Positions 1 through 7,377 of a stretch of 43,715 nucleotides of DNA are shown here, piece after piece. Position numbers and translations under genes: made by a program. The notes below the pieces were generated by a model. The model made no database searches and was not told the origin of the DNA. It was given only the letters and a program-made list of their open reading frames with translations. The first letter of the stretch is position 1; the number at the start of each line of letters is the position of its first letter. The DNA is from a virus (taxonomy: Duplodnaviria; Caudoviricetes). Location of the stretch: the IMG/VR virus record IMGVR_UViG_3300017707_001269, positions 1 to 43,715 of that record; one strand, written 5' to 3'.

Positions 1-123
1 TCTGCGCGTCTGGCCCAACACCGACAAGATCCCCGGCTGGTGCGAACGCTGGTCAGATGCCCAAATTTCCGGACAACTTGCCATCGCCAAAGCAACAGGA
101 GTCACAGCATGACCCCCAAGCCA
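1..123 (+). repeat. Terminal duplication, copy 1 (assembly circularisation overlap)
   Basis: Identical to 43593-43715; falls inside a coding region. Confidence 0.95.
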
Positions 124-240
124 ACCCCACCGCGCACCCACGTTGGCTCAAGCCAAAGAGCGCCATTGCCAATCCAGGCGAAACAACCTGTTCGCCCTGA
201 TCCTTCCCGTGAAATCAAAAGTCGCGGCTTGAGCTGCTAG
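109..240 (+). CDS. Small hypothetical protein (MTPKPTPP...)
   Basis: AGGAG SD before ATG109; ATGA overlap with the gene ending at 43704 (=112). Confidence 0.55.
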   Translation: MTPKPTPPRTHVGSSQRAPLPIQAKQPVRPDPSREIKSRGLSC

Positions 241-248
241 GAGTAGAC

Positions 249-575
249 ATGAGTGAACAGATGCGAAAAGAGTTTGAGGCTTGGTGTTCGGATTCCCTGC
301 AGCGCGATCCAGATGGCAGCTACAAACAACCATTCACCCGGGCATTCTGGCTGGCATGGCAAGCCGCTCTCGCCACCCAACCACAAGCACCGCAAGTGGG
401 TGAGATAACTGACGCCGAGCGTTACGAGTTCCTGTGTACCTGCAAGGACGAGGTGACCATGGATTTTCTCGCTGAGTGCATCGGAAGTCGCACGGCCCTT
501 AGCGCGTTTGTTGATGAACTCATCAGAGAACAAAAATCCGCCCCCAAACCTGAAACACCTGAGGTGCTGGGATGA
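249..575 (+). CDS. Phage hypothetical protein
   Basis: AGGAG SD; RKEFEAW...AWQAALA and DAERYEFL segments typical of phage early proteins. Confidence 0.75.
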   Translation: MSEQMRKEFEAWCSDSLQRDPDGSYKQPFTRAFWLAWQAALATQPQAPQVGEITDAERYEFLCTCKDEVTMDFLAECIGSRTALSAFVDELIREQKSAPKPETPEVLG

Positions 576-781
576 GCGGCCTTCGCACATTGATTGCTCT
601 GCTCAAACCAGAAATGTACCGCTGGCGTTTTATGTTCTACGCAACTGGCGTTATTTGGGCGTTCCTTGCTGCTGCAGAGCTGCTCGGTGGCCAGTGGTGG
701 AGGGCCTTGCTAGCAATCGCCATCGGGGCCGTTTACTTCTGCCTCTATGAAAAGTGCTGCACATGGAGGAATAAATCATGA
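572..781 (+). CDS. Small two-TM membrane protein
   Basis: ATGA coupling at both ends; two hydrophobic stretches. Confidence 0.65.
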   Translation: MSGLRTLIALLKPEMYRWRFMFYATGVIWAFLAAAELLGGQWWRALLAIAIGAVYFCLYEKCCTWRNKS

Positions 782-1116
782 CCCCATCCAACCAGATGAG
801 CATTAACTTCGATGCCCGCGAAGCAGGAAAAGCCGCTTCTGAGGCTTGCACAGACAAAGCCCTTCGCTCTGACCCAACCTTCGTACAGAAGGCCCAGGAA
901 GCGATCCTGGCGCATCTGCGGGTGGTAGGGCAGGCAAGCGGGGAAACCTTAACCAACGTCGCTATTGCCCACGGCGCCCGCCCACACGATCAGCGCGCTT
1001 TTGGTGGAGTGTTTGCCAGCCTGGCCCGCAAGCACCTGATCCAGACCGTGGGCTACTGCATGCGGGAAAAGGGGCATGGGACGGCCGGCGGTCGTATTTG
1101 GGGATTGGTGCGCTGA
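778..1116 (+). CDS. Hypothetical protein, possibly winged-helix
   Basis: GGAGG SD; coupled to upstream gene. Confidence 0.7.
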   Translation: MTPSNQMSINFDAREAGKAASEACTDKALRSDPTFVQKAQEAILAHLRVVGQASGETLTNVAIAHGARPHDQRAFGGVFASLARKHLIQTVGYCMREKGHGTAGGRIWGLVR

Positions 1117-1117
1117 T

Positions 1118-1609
1118 ATGGCTGGCGACTGGATCAAGATGCGCGCCGATCTGCCTAGCGCGTTCAAGGTTGACCGCATGGCGGACCGGATGGGCTGCGA
1201 CCGGCGCGATGTGCTGGTTGATCTTTACCGGCTTGCCGGATGGTTTGCTGTGCATGGCAAATACGGAAAGCTGAGCGCCGCACCCAAGCTAATTGACGCC
1301 TATCTACAGTCCCCCGGTTTCGCAGAGGCCCTCGCCCATGTTGGTTGGCTAGCTGATAGCAATGGCGTTCTAACGCTTCATGAGTTTTGCGACGTTAGCG
1401 CGCGGCGTAAGAGTCTCGGATTAAAGGTGCGGGCTGAGGTGCTTAGCGCTGGCAAGTGCGCCGTCTGCGGCTCCACCGACCGCCTTGAGATTGATCACAA
1501 GACGCCCATTATTCGCGGCGGCTCATGCGAGCTTGCCAACCTCCAGGCGCTTTGCAATTCATGCAATCGGCGCAAGGGCAGAAAAACAATGGAGGAGTTT
1601 ATCAAGTGA
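1118..1609 (+). CDS. HNH endonuclease with initiator-like N-terminal domain
   Basis: CAVC...LEIDHKTPIIRGG...NLQALCNSCNRRK HNH motif; MAGDWIKMR start typical of phage replication proteins. Confidence 0.85.
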   Translation: MAGDWIKMRADLPSAFKVDRMADRMGCDRRDVLVDLYRLAGWFAVHGKYGKLSAAPKLIDAYLQSPGFAEALAHVGWLADSNGVLTLHEFCDVSARRKSLGLKVRAEVLSAGKCAVCGSTDRLEIDHKTPIIRGGSCELANLQALCNSCNRRKGRKTMEEFIK

Positions 1610-2340
1610 TCCTCATCCCCAAGAACTGGGCCGAGTTCCAGCACTACAAAGATCGCGCACCGCCGTGGATAAAGCTGCACAAAAAGCTGCTTGATGACCG
1701 CGTGTATCAAGGCTTGCCACTCGCTAGCAGAGCGCTAGCGCCCATGTTGTGGCTGCTTGCAAGTGAGAGCAAAGACGGCTCCTTTGATGGCACGCATGAA
1801 GAATTGGCATTTCGCCTGCGCACAAACTTAAAAGACATCATCGCCGGGCTTCAGCCGTTGATTGATAAGGGTTTTTTCCTAGTGGCGCAAGCTGATAGCG
1901 CCGTGCTAGCAGACTGCCAGCAAGTTGCTGTACCAGAGACAGAGGGAGAGACAGAGGCAAAGAGAGAGACAAAGACAGAAACGCCCGAAGGCGTATCGAT
2001 TTCTGTTTGGAAAGACTTCATGAAGATTCGGGTGGCGAAGAAGGCCCCGATGACGGACACCGCATTGGCCGGACTCCGGCGCGAGATTCAAAAAGCAGGA
2101 CTGACTTTTCAACAGGGAATCGAAATGTGCTGCGAACGCTCATGGCAGGGCTTCAAGGCTGATTGGCTGACGGAGCACGCAAACAAGTTCGCCAAGCCCG
2201 CACCAAACGCCACCGTCCCCGGCAAGCAGGAGCGCGACCCCGAGCTAATCCGCCGAGAGCAGGACAGCAAGAATGCAGCGCCAATCCCTGAAAACATCCG
2301 GGAGCAGATTGCAAAACTGAAAGGCACGGTGATCGCATGA
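1606..2340 (+). CDS. Phage replication initiator (lambda O-like)
   Basis: GTG start after GGAGG; NWAEFQHYKDRAPPWIKLH N-terminus, ETE-rich linker, W..F...R..KKAP...WQGFKADW C-terminal domain. Confidence 0.8.
   Translation: MILIPKNWAEFQHYKDRAPPWIKLHKKLLDDRVYQGLPLASRALAPMLWLLASESKDGSFDGTHEELAFRLRTNLKDIIAGLQPLIDKGFFLVAQADSAVLADCQQVAVPETEGETEAKRETKTETPEGVSISVWKDFMKIRVAKKAPMTDTALAGLRREIQKAGLTFQQGIEMCCERSWQGFKADWLTEHANKFAKPAPNATVPGKQERDPELIRREQDSKNAAPIPENIREQIAKLKGTVIA
1893..1981 (+). promoter_or_regulatory. Putative replication origin inside initiator gene
   Basis: TG(A/C)(T/C)AGC repeats at 11-bp spacing (1893, 1904, 1915; partial at 1926) followed by an AG-rich strand-biased tract. Confidence 0.55.
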
Positions 2341-2531
2341 CAAGGACACACGCCGCCTACCAGCTACTTCGCCACGGCCCGCTGGATTTGGGCGAGTTCC
2401 AGGAAATCACCGGATGGAAGTATCGAACATGCACATGGGCGCTTTCGATGCTGGAGCAGGTGGGGGCGGTTCGCAGGATAAGACATGGCGGCTCTTTGCG
2501 CTGCCGTTCGGTTTACGAGGCTGTTCAATGA
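2337..2531 (+). CDS. Small winged-helix-like protein
   Basis: LLRHGPLDLGEFQEITGW...L...GAVRR pattern; ATGA overlaps at both ends. Confidence 0.65.
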   Translation: MTRTHAAYQLLRHGPLDLGEFQEITGWKYRTCTWALSMLEQVGAVRRIRHGGSLRCRSVYEAVQ

Positions 2532-3109
2532 TCCGCTCCACCAAACCAAATAAATGCAAGCACTGCCGTGAGCGCATGCCAGAGGACAAGGCGCGCCACG
2601 TCATTCATGACGCCTGCATTGATCCTTGGCTTGAGGCTCAGAAGGTCAAGAAGGCAAAGGCCGAAGCTGCAAAGCAAAGGGCTGAGCGCAAGGTGATAAA
2701 GACCAGGCTTGCCGAACTTGAGCCCATCGCCAAACTGGAAAAGCGTGCGGAAGCTGCGGTGAACTCCTACGTTCGCGCCCGGGATTGGGATAAGGGCTGC
2801 ATCAGCTGCGACAGGCCGGCGAGTTGGGATGGTCAGTGGCACGCATCGCACTTTCGCAGTGTTGGGGCTGCAAGTGCTGTCCGGTTCAACCTCAAGAACA
2901 TCCACAAGGCCTGCTCGATCTGCAATCACCACCTGAGCGGAAACATTGAGGCCTACACGCCCCGACTTGTTGCGCTGCGTGGTCAGGAGTGCGTGGACTG
3001 GCTCAAATCGCAGAACCAAGTTGTCAGGTACAGCCGGGAGTATTTGGAGCGCCTGAGGGCAGTGTTTGCAAAGAAAACGCGCCGGGCGCATGCGAGGTTG
3101 ACGGCATGA
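2528..3109 (+). CDS. ninG: NinG/Rap-family recombination endonuclease
   Basis: YVRARD...CISC...WHASHFRSVGA...RFN..NIHKACSICN..LSGN. Confidence 0.9.
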   Translation: MIRSTKPNKCKHCRERMPEDKARHVIHDACIDPWLEAQKVKKAKAEAAKQRAERKVIKTRLAELEPIAKLEKRAEAAVNSYVRARDWDKGCISCDRPASWDGQWHASHFRSVGAASAVRFNLKNIHKACSICNHHLSGNIEAYTPRLVALRGQECVDWLKSQNQVVRYSREYLERLRAVFAKKTRRAHARLTA

Positions 3110-3118
3110 AAGCGAGAT

Positions 3119-3895
3119 ATGAATGAGCTGGCTCTTTTCGCAGGCGCTGGTGGCGGAATACTCGGCGGGAAATTGCTTGGATGGCGAACCGTCTGCGCAG
3201 TGGAGTGGAATCCCTACTGCGCAGGTGTACTCGCCCAGCGGCAAAACGATGGCCTTTTCGAAGCTGCTCCGATATGGGATGACGTGCAAACCTTTGACGG
3301 AAAGCCATGGAGAGGCATTGTTGACGTGGTTTCTGGCGGGTTTCCCTGTCAAGACATATCCGCAGCTGGCGCCGGAGCCGGCATTGACGGAGAACGCTCA
3401 GGAATGTGGCGAGAAATGGCCCGCATCGTGGGTGAAGTACGACCCCGATTCGTCTGGGTGGAAAACAGCCCAATTCTCACTTCTAGAGGACTCCACCGTG
3501 TTCTCGGGGACTTGGCCCGAATGGGGTTTGATGCTCGATGGGGAGTGCTGGGCGGTGGACATGTTGGACTCGACACCATCCGGAGGCGAATCTGGATATT
3601 GGCCGACTCCCAATTGCGGGGGATTTCGAAGCGACGGAGAGTTACTGATGCTTTCGCGCAAGCTGAAGAGTTACGCCGACTATCGCGGAATGACCGACAG
3701 AGCATGCAAAAGCAAGAGGGATCGATTTTGGCCGGAGCCCGAGGGATTTCGGCCTACCTCCGAGAAATTGAACCCCGAGTTCCAAGAGTGGTTAATGGCA
3801 TGGCCCATCGGCCAGACCGGATTAAAGCCTCTGGGAATGGACAAATACCAATTGTGGCGGCAACAGCATGGAAACTTCTCGGAGGCCCGACATGA
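3119..3895 (+). CDS. DNA cytosine-C5 methyltransferase, large (alpha) chain
   Basis: Motif I LFAGAGG, IV GGFPCQDIS, VI ENS, VIII RRRIWI, X GNGQIP; motif IX not evident in this frame. Confidence 0.9.
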   Translation: MNELALFAGAGGGILGGKLLGWRTVCAVEWNPYCAGVLAQRQNDGLFEAAPIWDDVQTFDGKPWRGIVDVVSGGFPCQDISAAGAGAGIDGERSGMWREMARIVGEVRPRFVWVENSPILTSRGLHRVLGDLARMGFDARWGVLGGGHVGLDTIRRRIWILADSQLRGISKRRRVTDAFAQAEELRRLSRNDRQSMQKQEGSILAGARGISAYLREIEPRVPRVVNGMAHRPDRIKASGNGQIPIVAATAWKLLGGPT

Positions 3896-3899
3896 CTAA
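3123..3899 (+). CDS. Overlapping +1-frame ORF, putative beta chain of the C5 methyltransferase
   Basis: 258 open codons over the MTase; WPTP and LNPEFQEWLMAWPIGQT (motif IX-like); true start uncertain. Confidence 0.65.
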   Translation: MSWLFSQALVAEYSAGNCLDGEPSAQWSGIPTAQVYSPSGKTMAFSKLLRYGMTCKPLTESHGEALLTWFLAGFPVKTYPQLAPEPALTENAQECGEKWPASWVKYDPDSSGWKTAQFSLLEDSTVFSGTWPEWGLMLDGECWAVDMLDSTPSGGESGYWPTPNCGGFRSDGELLMLSRKLKSYADYRGMTDRACKSKRDRFWPEPEGFRPTSEKLNPEFQEWLMAWPIGQTGLKPLGMDKYQLWRQQHGNFSEARHD

Positions 3900-4038
3900 T
3901 GAGTTTTTGGTGGAGCGCGAAGACCAATGCCCTAATTGCGGCGCGCCAGACGAAGAACTTTCATACAGCAGCAACCAGGGTCGGTGGTTCTGCTGGAATT
4001 GCTGGCAGCGCGAACATTTGGCGGAAGACGCCTCATGA
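3892..4038 (+). CDS. 48-aa zinc-ribbon-like protein
   Basis: Hand-translated MTNEF...CPNC...CWNC...; ATGA coupling at both ends. Confidence 0.6.
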   Translation: MTNEFLVEREDQCPNCGAPDEELSYSSNQGRWFCWNCWQREHLAEDAS

Positions 4039-4157
4039 AGCCCCGCCTCTACCGCTACATGGGCATATGGCACTGCCAGAGCATGCGCCTTGAGTGCCTT
4101 CGGATAGGTCTTGGCTACACCCCTGCACTTGCTTATGCAGATTGGGAGGCGATGTGA
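4035..4157 (+). CDS. 40-aa hypothetical protein
   Basis: MKPRLYRYMGIWHC...GYTPALAYADW; coupled at both ends. Confidence 0.55.
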   Translation: MKPRLYRYMGIWHCQSMRLECLRIGLGYTPALAYADWEAM

Positions 4158-4567
4158 GCAAGCGCATTTTCTTCATCGTCGGGGATTCTGTGCGTCAGCG
4201 GGCTATCGCAGCCGTGAAAGACGCGTCTGTTGGACAGATGGTTGCAATCAGCGACCCAACCCGCAACGCCGACCAGAACGCCAAGTTTCACGCGATCTGC
4301 TCAGACCTTGGCAAATCAAGGCTCCCATGGGCAGGCAAGCCGCGCACCGCTGAGCAATGGAAGGTCTTGCTTGTATCCGCCCACTCAAAAGCCACGGCTG
4401 AGGACTTCGAGATTGTCCCTGGCCTTGAGGGCGAGTTCGTGAACATCCGCGAATCCACGGCCCTTATGAGCGTGAAGCGCAGTGCCAGCCTGATTACCTA
4501 TGCGCTGGCCTTTTGTGACATGCACGGGGTTGTTTTGAGTGAACCGAGACAGCCTGAATACGCTTAA
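4154..4567 (+). CDS. ninB: NinB/Orf-family recombination protein
   Basis: PTRNADQNAKFHA...W.G....EQWK...VPGLEGEFV...ST..MS. Confidence 0.9.
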   Translation: MSKRIFFIVGDSVRQRAIAAVKDASVGQMVAISDPTRNADQNAKFHAICSDLGKSRLPWAGKPRTAEQWKVLLVSAHSKATAEDFEIVPGLEGEFVNIRESTALMSVKRSASLITYALAFCDMHGVVLSEPRQPEYA

Positions 4568-4609
4568 GCCGAGCGGCCCCGGCATGTGGGCGCACAACTG
4601 GAGAAATAA

Positions 4610-4810
4610 ATGAGAGCAAAACGTGGTTTTTCTTTTTCTGGCATTGGCGGGGTCTTGGTTCTGCTGGTAACGCTTGCGTTCATGGTCGGCTGGGTCTGGA
4701 ACCTCATCAAATTCATCGGCCTGATTGGTGGCGACATCAACACATGGTTCATTGCCCGTGGCGTTGGTATTTTCCTTGCTCCATTTGGCGCACTACTCGG
4801 CTACTTCTAA
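4610..4810 (+). CDS. Small membrane protein
   Basis: GGAG SD; GWVWNLIK...ARGVGIFLAPFGALLGYF. Confidence 0.75.
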   Translation: MRAKRGFSFSGIGGVLVLLVTLAFMVGWVWNLIKFIGLIGGDINTWFIARGVGIFLAPFGALLGYF

Positions 4811-4858
4811 CCCCGATGCCTCGCAGCCTGGGCTACAGGTGCACAACAAAACGGAGAA

Positions 4859-5236
4859 ATGAAGATGGATATTTCTGGACAAAACCTTAAGAGTGCTGGT
4901 TCGTATGCCGGTGGTGCCGCGATGCTGGGCGTCGGCGCTGGGACTTACGACGGGTTGCGCAATGCAGCCGTCCCCCAGGAAATCCGCCAGAGCGATGTCG
5001 AGGCGCAGGTTCAGCGGCTACTGAATACGGCCGAAGTGCTGGAGAAGTGTGTTGCCGTTCTGGTCGGCCGGATCGAAAAGGTGACGGCCCAAGACCCAAA
5101 GACGGAGGGCAAGAGCGAGAAGCTGAATCCCCCGGTGCCGTCAACCATCTTGGGCCGTGATCTGGCGCACATCAACGGCTGCATCCAGAACTCAATCAGC
5201 ACCTTGCAGGCCACCATCCAGCGAATCGAGCTGTAA
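4859..5236 (+). CDS. Hypothetical coiled-coil protein
   Basis: Operon context; amphipathic helices. Confidence 0.7.
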   Translation: MKMDISGQNLKSAGSYAGGAAMLGVGAGTYDGLRNAAVPQEIRQSDVEAQVQRLLNTAEVLEKCVAVLVGRIEKVTAQDPKTEGKSEKLNPPVPSTILGRDLAHINGCIQNSISTLQATIQRIEL

Positions 5237-5298
5237 CCCCACCCCCAGACCAAAGGATAACCCTCTGGCTGGGGAATGTTTAACAAAGGAGAAAACTC

Positions 5299-5586
5299 AT
5301 GAAATTGCAACCACTGTCCGACCGAATCATTGTCAAGCGCGTAGAGGCCCTGACAGAACTCCCCTCCGGAATCATTCTTGCTGAAAGCGCCGCTGAAAAG
5401 CCCGATCAAGGCGAAGTGCTGGCCGTTGGCCCAGGCAAGAAGAACGACAAGGGCGAAGTCAGTCCCGTGGGCGTGAAAGTCGGCGACCGCGTGCTGTTCG
5501 GCAAATACAGCGGCCAGACCGTCAAGGTCGATGGTGAGGACTTGCTGTGTATGCGGGAAGAGGATTTGTTCGCCAAGGTGGTTTGA
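5299..5586 (+). CDS. groES: Co-chaperonin GroES (Cpn10)
   Basis: [14 protein letters not shown]...SGII...[14 protein letters not shown]...[14 protein letters not shown]; AAGGAG SD. Confidence 0.97.
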   Translation: MKLQPLSDRIIVKRVEALTELPSGIILAESAAEKPDQGEVLAVGPGKKNDKGEVSPVGVKVGDRVLFGKYSGQTVKVDGEDLLCMREEDLFAKVV

Positions 5587-5598
5587 CAAAGGGAATGT

Positions 5599-5796
5599 AT
5601 GAACAACGAGATTCCAAGAAGCAGCGTCAACAAGGTGCTTGAAGCAACCACACAGCTTCGCCTGTGGACGGACAGTCGCTACAAGGAGCCGCGCTTGGAG
5701 CAGTGGCACGCAAACCGCTGCGAGCCCTTTGGTGGGGAGTGGATTCCTGTGCCCCGAGTCCTCGAAGAGCCGCCATTTCGTGGTTTTGAAGGTTAG
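5599..5796 (+). CDS. Hypothetical protein
   Basis: SD and operon context; LEQW...EWIPVP. Confidence 0.6.
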   Translation: MNNEIPRSSVNKVLEATTQLRLWTDSRYKEPRLEQWHANRCEPFGGEWIPVPRVLEEPPFRGFEG

Positions 5797-5817
5797 CCGG
5801 GAACTGGGGGACAAGAG

Positions 5818-6000
5818 ATGGGCCACCCCATGCTGAACCGCACCCAGCAAGACGAAATAGTCCAGATGGCCAAGAACTTCTCCCGCCAGAAGGAGAAGGC
5901 CAGAACCCTAGCCCGAGGCGGGCAAATGACCCCAAAGATGCGGGCAGAGCTTTTAAAGCGGGCAGAGGACAAGCTCCGCGACTACCTCAAAGAACTCTAA
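5818..6000 (+). CDS. Hypothetical protein
   Basis: Operon context; start may be 5830. Confidence 0.6.
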   Translation: MGHPMLNRTQQDEIVQMAKNFSRQKEKARTLARGGQMTPKMRAELLKRAEDKLRDYLKEL

Positions 6001-6009
6001 AGGACGGAT

Positions 6010-6231
6010 ATGCGCAAAGGCATGGCACACATAGAAAGACTGGGCAGGAGCATCACCCCGGCCCGCGCCCAGCGCATGTGTCTGGAAAAGCGCCAATTCC
6101 CGACCAAAAACGAAGCACGGGACTTCAGTAAGCGTGGCGCTCGGAGGTACGGCAACTGCCCACAGGAGCCCTACAAGTGCGGCCTGTGCGGGAAATTCCA
6201 TTTGGCAACTGTGAGGGATACAAAGAAATGA
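6010..6231 (+). CDS. Small zinc-binding protein
   Basis: C..KRQF......A...YKCGLCGKFHL; AAGGA SD. Confidence 0.7.
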   Translation: MRKGMAHIERLGRSITPARAQRMCLEKRQFPTKNEARDFSKRGARRYGNCPQEPYKCGLCGKFHLATVRDTKK

Positions 6232-6599
6232 ACCACCGCAACCAACGACGCAGAGACTGGTTTCGCATAATCCGCGACCTCATGGCCGCACGCATTTCGA
6301 TGCACAAGATAGCCGTGCACTGCGGCCGGCGAGCAACCGGAACTGTCCAGCACTGGAGTGACGGCGGGGAGCCCAAGGACACAGACGCCCGCATTGTCCT
6401 GGCTCTTTACAAGAAGCACTGCCCCGAGCAGTACCTCAAGCACATGCAGGAATTCGACCCGGATGTCCTGAACATCGAAAAAACCACAGTGCTTGTGGAG
6501 CCTGATAGAGGCATCAGAGGGCGTCCGAGGCCGCGGCGGGTGGCTGTAACTCGCACGCCTGTTGGGTTGCAGGACGATATTTTTGAGAGAACGGCATGA
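6228..6599 (+). CDS. HTH-like protein, candidate late regulator
   Basis: ISMHKIAVHCG...GTVQHWSDGGEP HTH pattern; lies upstream of the terminase. Confidence 0.65.
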   Translation: MNHRNQRRRDWFRIIRDLMAARISMHKIAVHCGRRATGTVQHWSDGGEPKDTDARIVLALYKKHCPEQYLKHMQEFDPDVLNIEKTTVLVEPDRGIRGRPRPRRVAVTRTPVGLQDDIFERTA

Positions 6600-6865
6600 A
6601 TCGGGTGTTACGCGAAATCTCCAGGATGCTTGAGGCGGGCTATAACCGCCCCCTGCTGTTTGTGTTGACCCATTCGGATGCTAAAGACGCGAAGGAAGAC
6701 ATATTCAGGCTCTCACTTTTCCCGCGGTCTACCGACCCGGCGGCTCCTTCAGATGGCCAGTGGCGCATATTTGACGTTCCGGTTGTGGTCGCGGCAGTGC
6801 GCGCAAGCTATGCAGTTGGAGAGGATGGGGAAGGTCAGCCCATGATTCGGATGCTTGCACTATGA
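6596..6865 (+). CDS. Hypothetical protein
   Basis: ATGA coupling at both ends. Confidence 0.6.
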   Translation: MNRVLREISRMLEAGYNRPLLFVLTHSDAKDAKEDIFRLSLFPRSTDPAAPSDGQWRIFDVPVVVAAVRASYAVGEDGEGQPMIRMLAL

Positions 6866-7377
6866 GCGCCAAGAAGACAGCGCAGCCCACGGTAAGCCAG
6901 TTCCGCGCATGGGCAGACGCCCCTGACAAAGCCGCAATCTCCGAGCTTTGTCAATTCATAGCAGAGGGCGGGCACCTCGCCGGATTCTGCAAAAGCAAGT
7001 CATTCGCATATGTAACGGTGCTGGACTGGATTCATGTGGATAAGACTGAAAGCGGCCGTTCCGAGATGTACGCGCACGCGCGCGAGGACCGGGCTGACGT
7101 GTTGGCGGATGAGATTATTGCCATTGCGGATGAAGAAGGCACGATGGTGAAGCGATCAAAGCACCAGCCAGGCGGCGATGAGGACGACGATTCGGAGGTT
7201 GAGGTGGTGTTTGACCCAACCGCGGTGCAGCGCAACAAACTCCGTGTAGACGCCCGCAAATGGGCTGCATCCAAGCTAAAACCCCGAAGCTACGGCGACA
7301 AGATGGCCGTGACTGATGGCGACGGCAAGCCGCTGAACACGCTCCCGCCCGTATTCAACATCACCATGAAAACCTGA
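6862..7377 (+). CDS. terS: Terminase small subunit
   Basis: Y..AR...AD.LADEII.IAD...RNKLRVDARKW.ASKL.P..YGD; precedes TerL. Confidence 0.9.
   Translation: MSAKKTAQPTVSQFRAWADAPDKAAISELCQFIAEGGHLAGFCKSKSFAYVTVLDWIHVDKTESGRSEMYAHAREDRADVLADEIIAIADEEGTMVKRSKHQPGGDEDDDSEVEVVFDPTAVQRNKLRVDARKWAASKLKPRSYGDKMAVTDGDGKPLNTLPPVFNITMKT

Noticed and set aside
1-123. 123-bp direct repeat as a biological terminal repeat
   Set aside because: Exact duplication in the middle of a gene at the contig ends; best explained as assembler overlap of a circular sequence
5011-5850. 279-aa minus-strand ORF
   Set aside because: Antisense to groES and neighbours; a common shadow-ORF pattern
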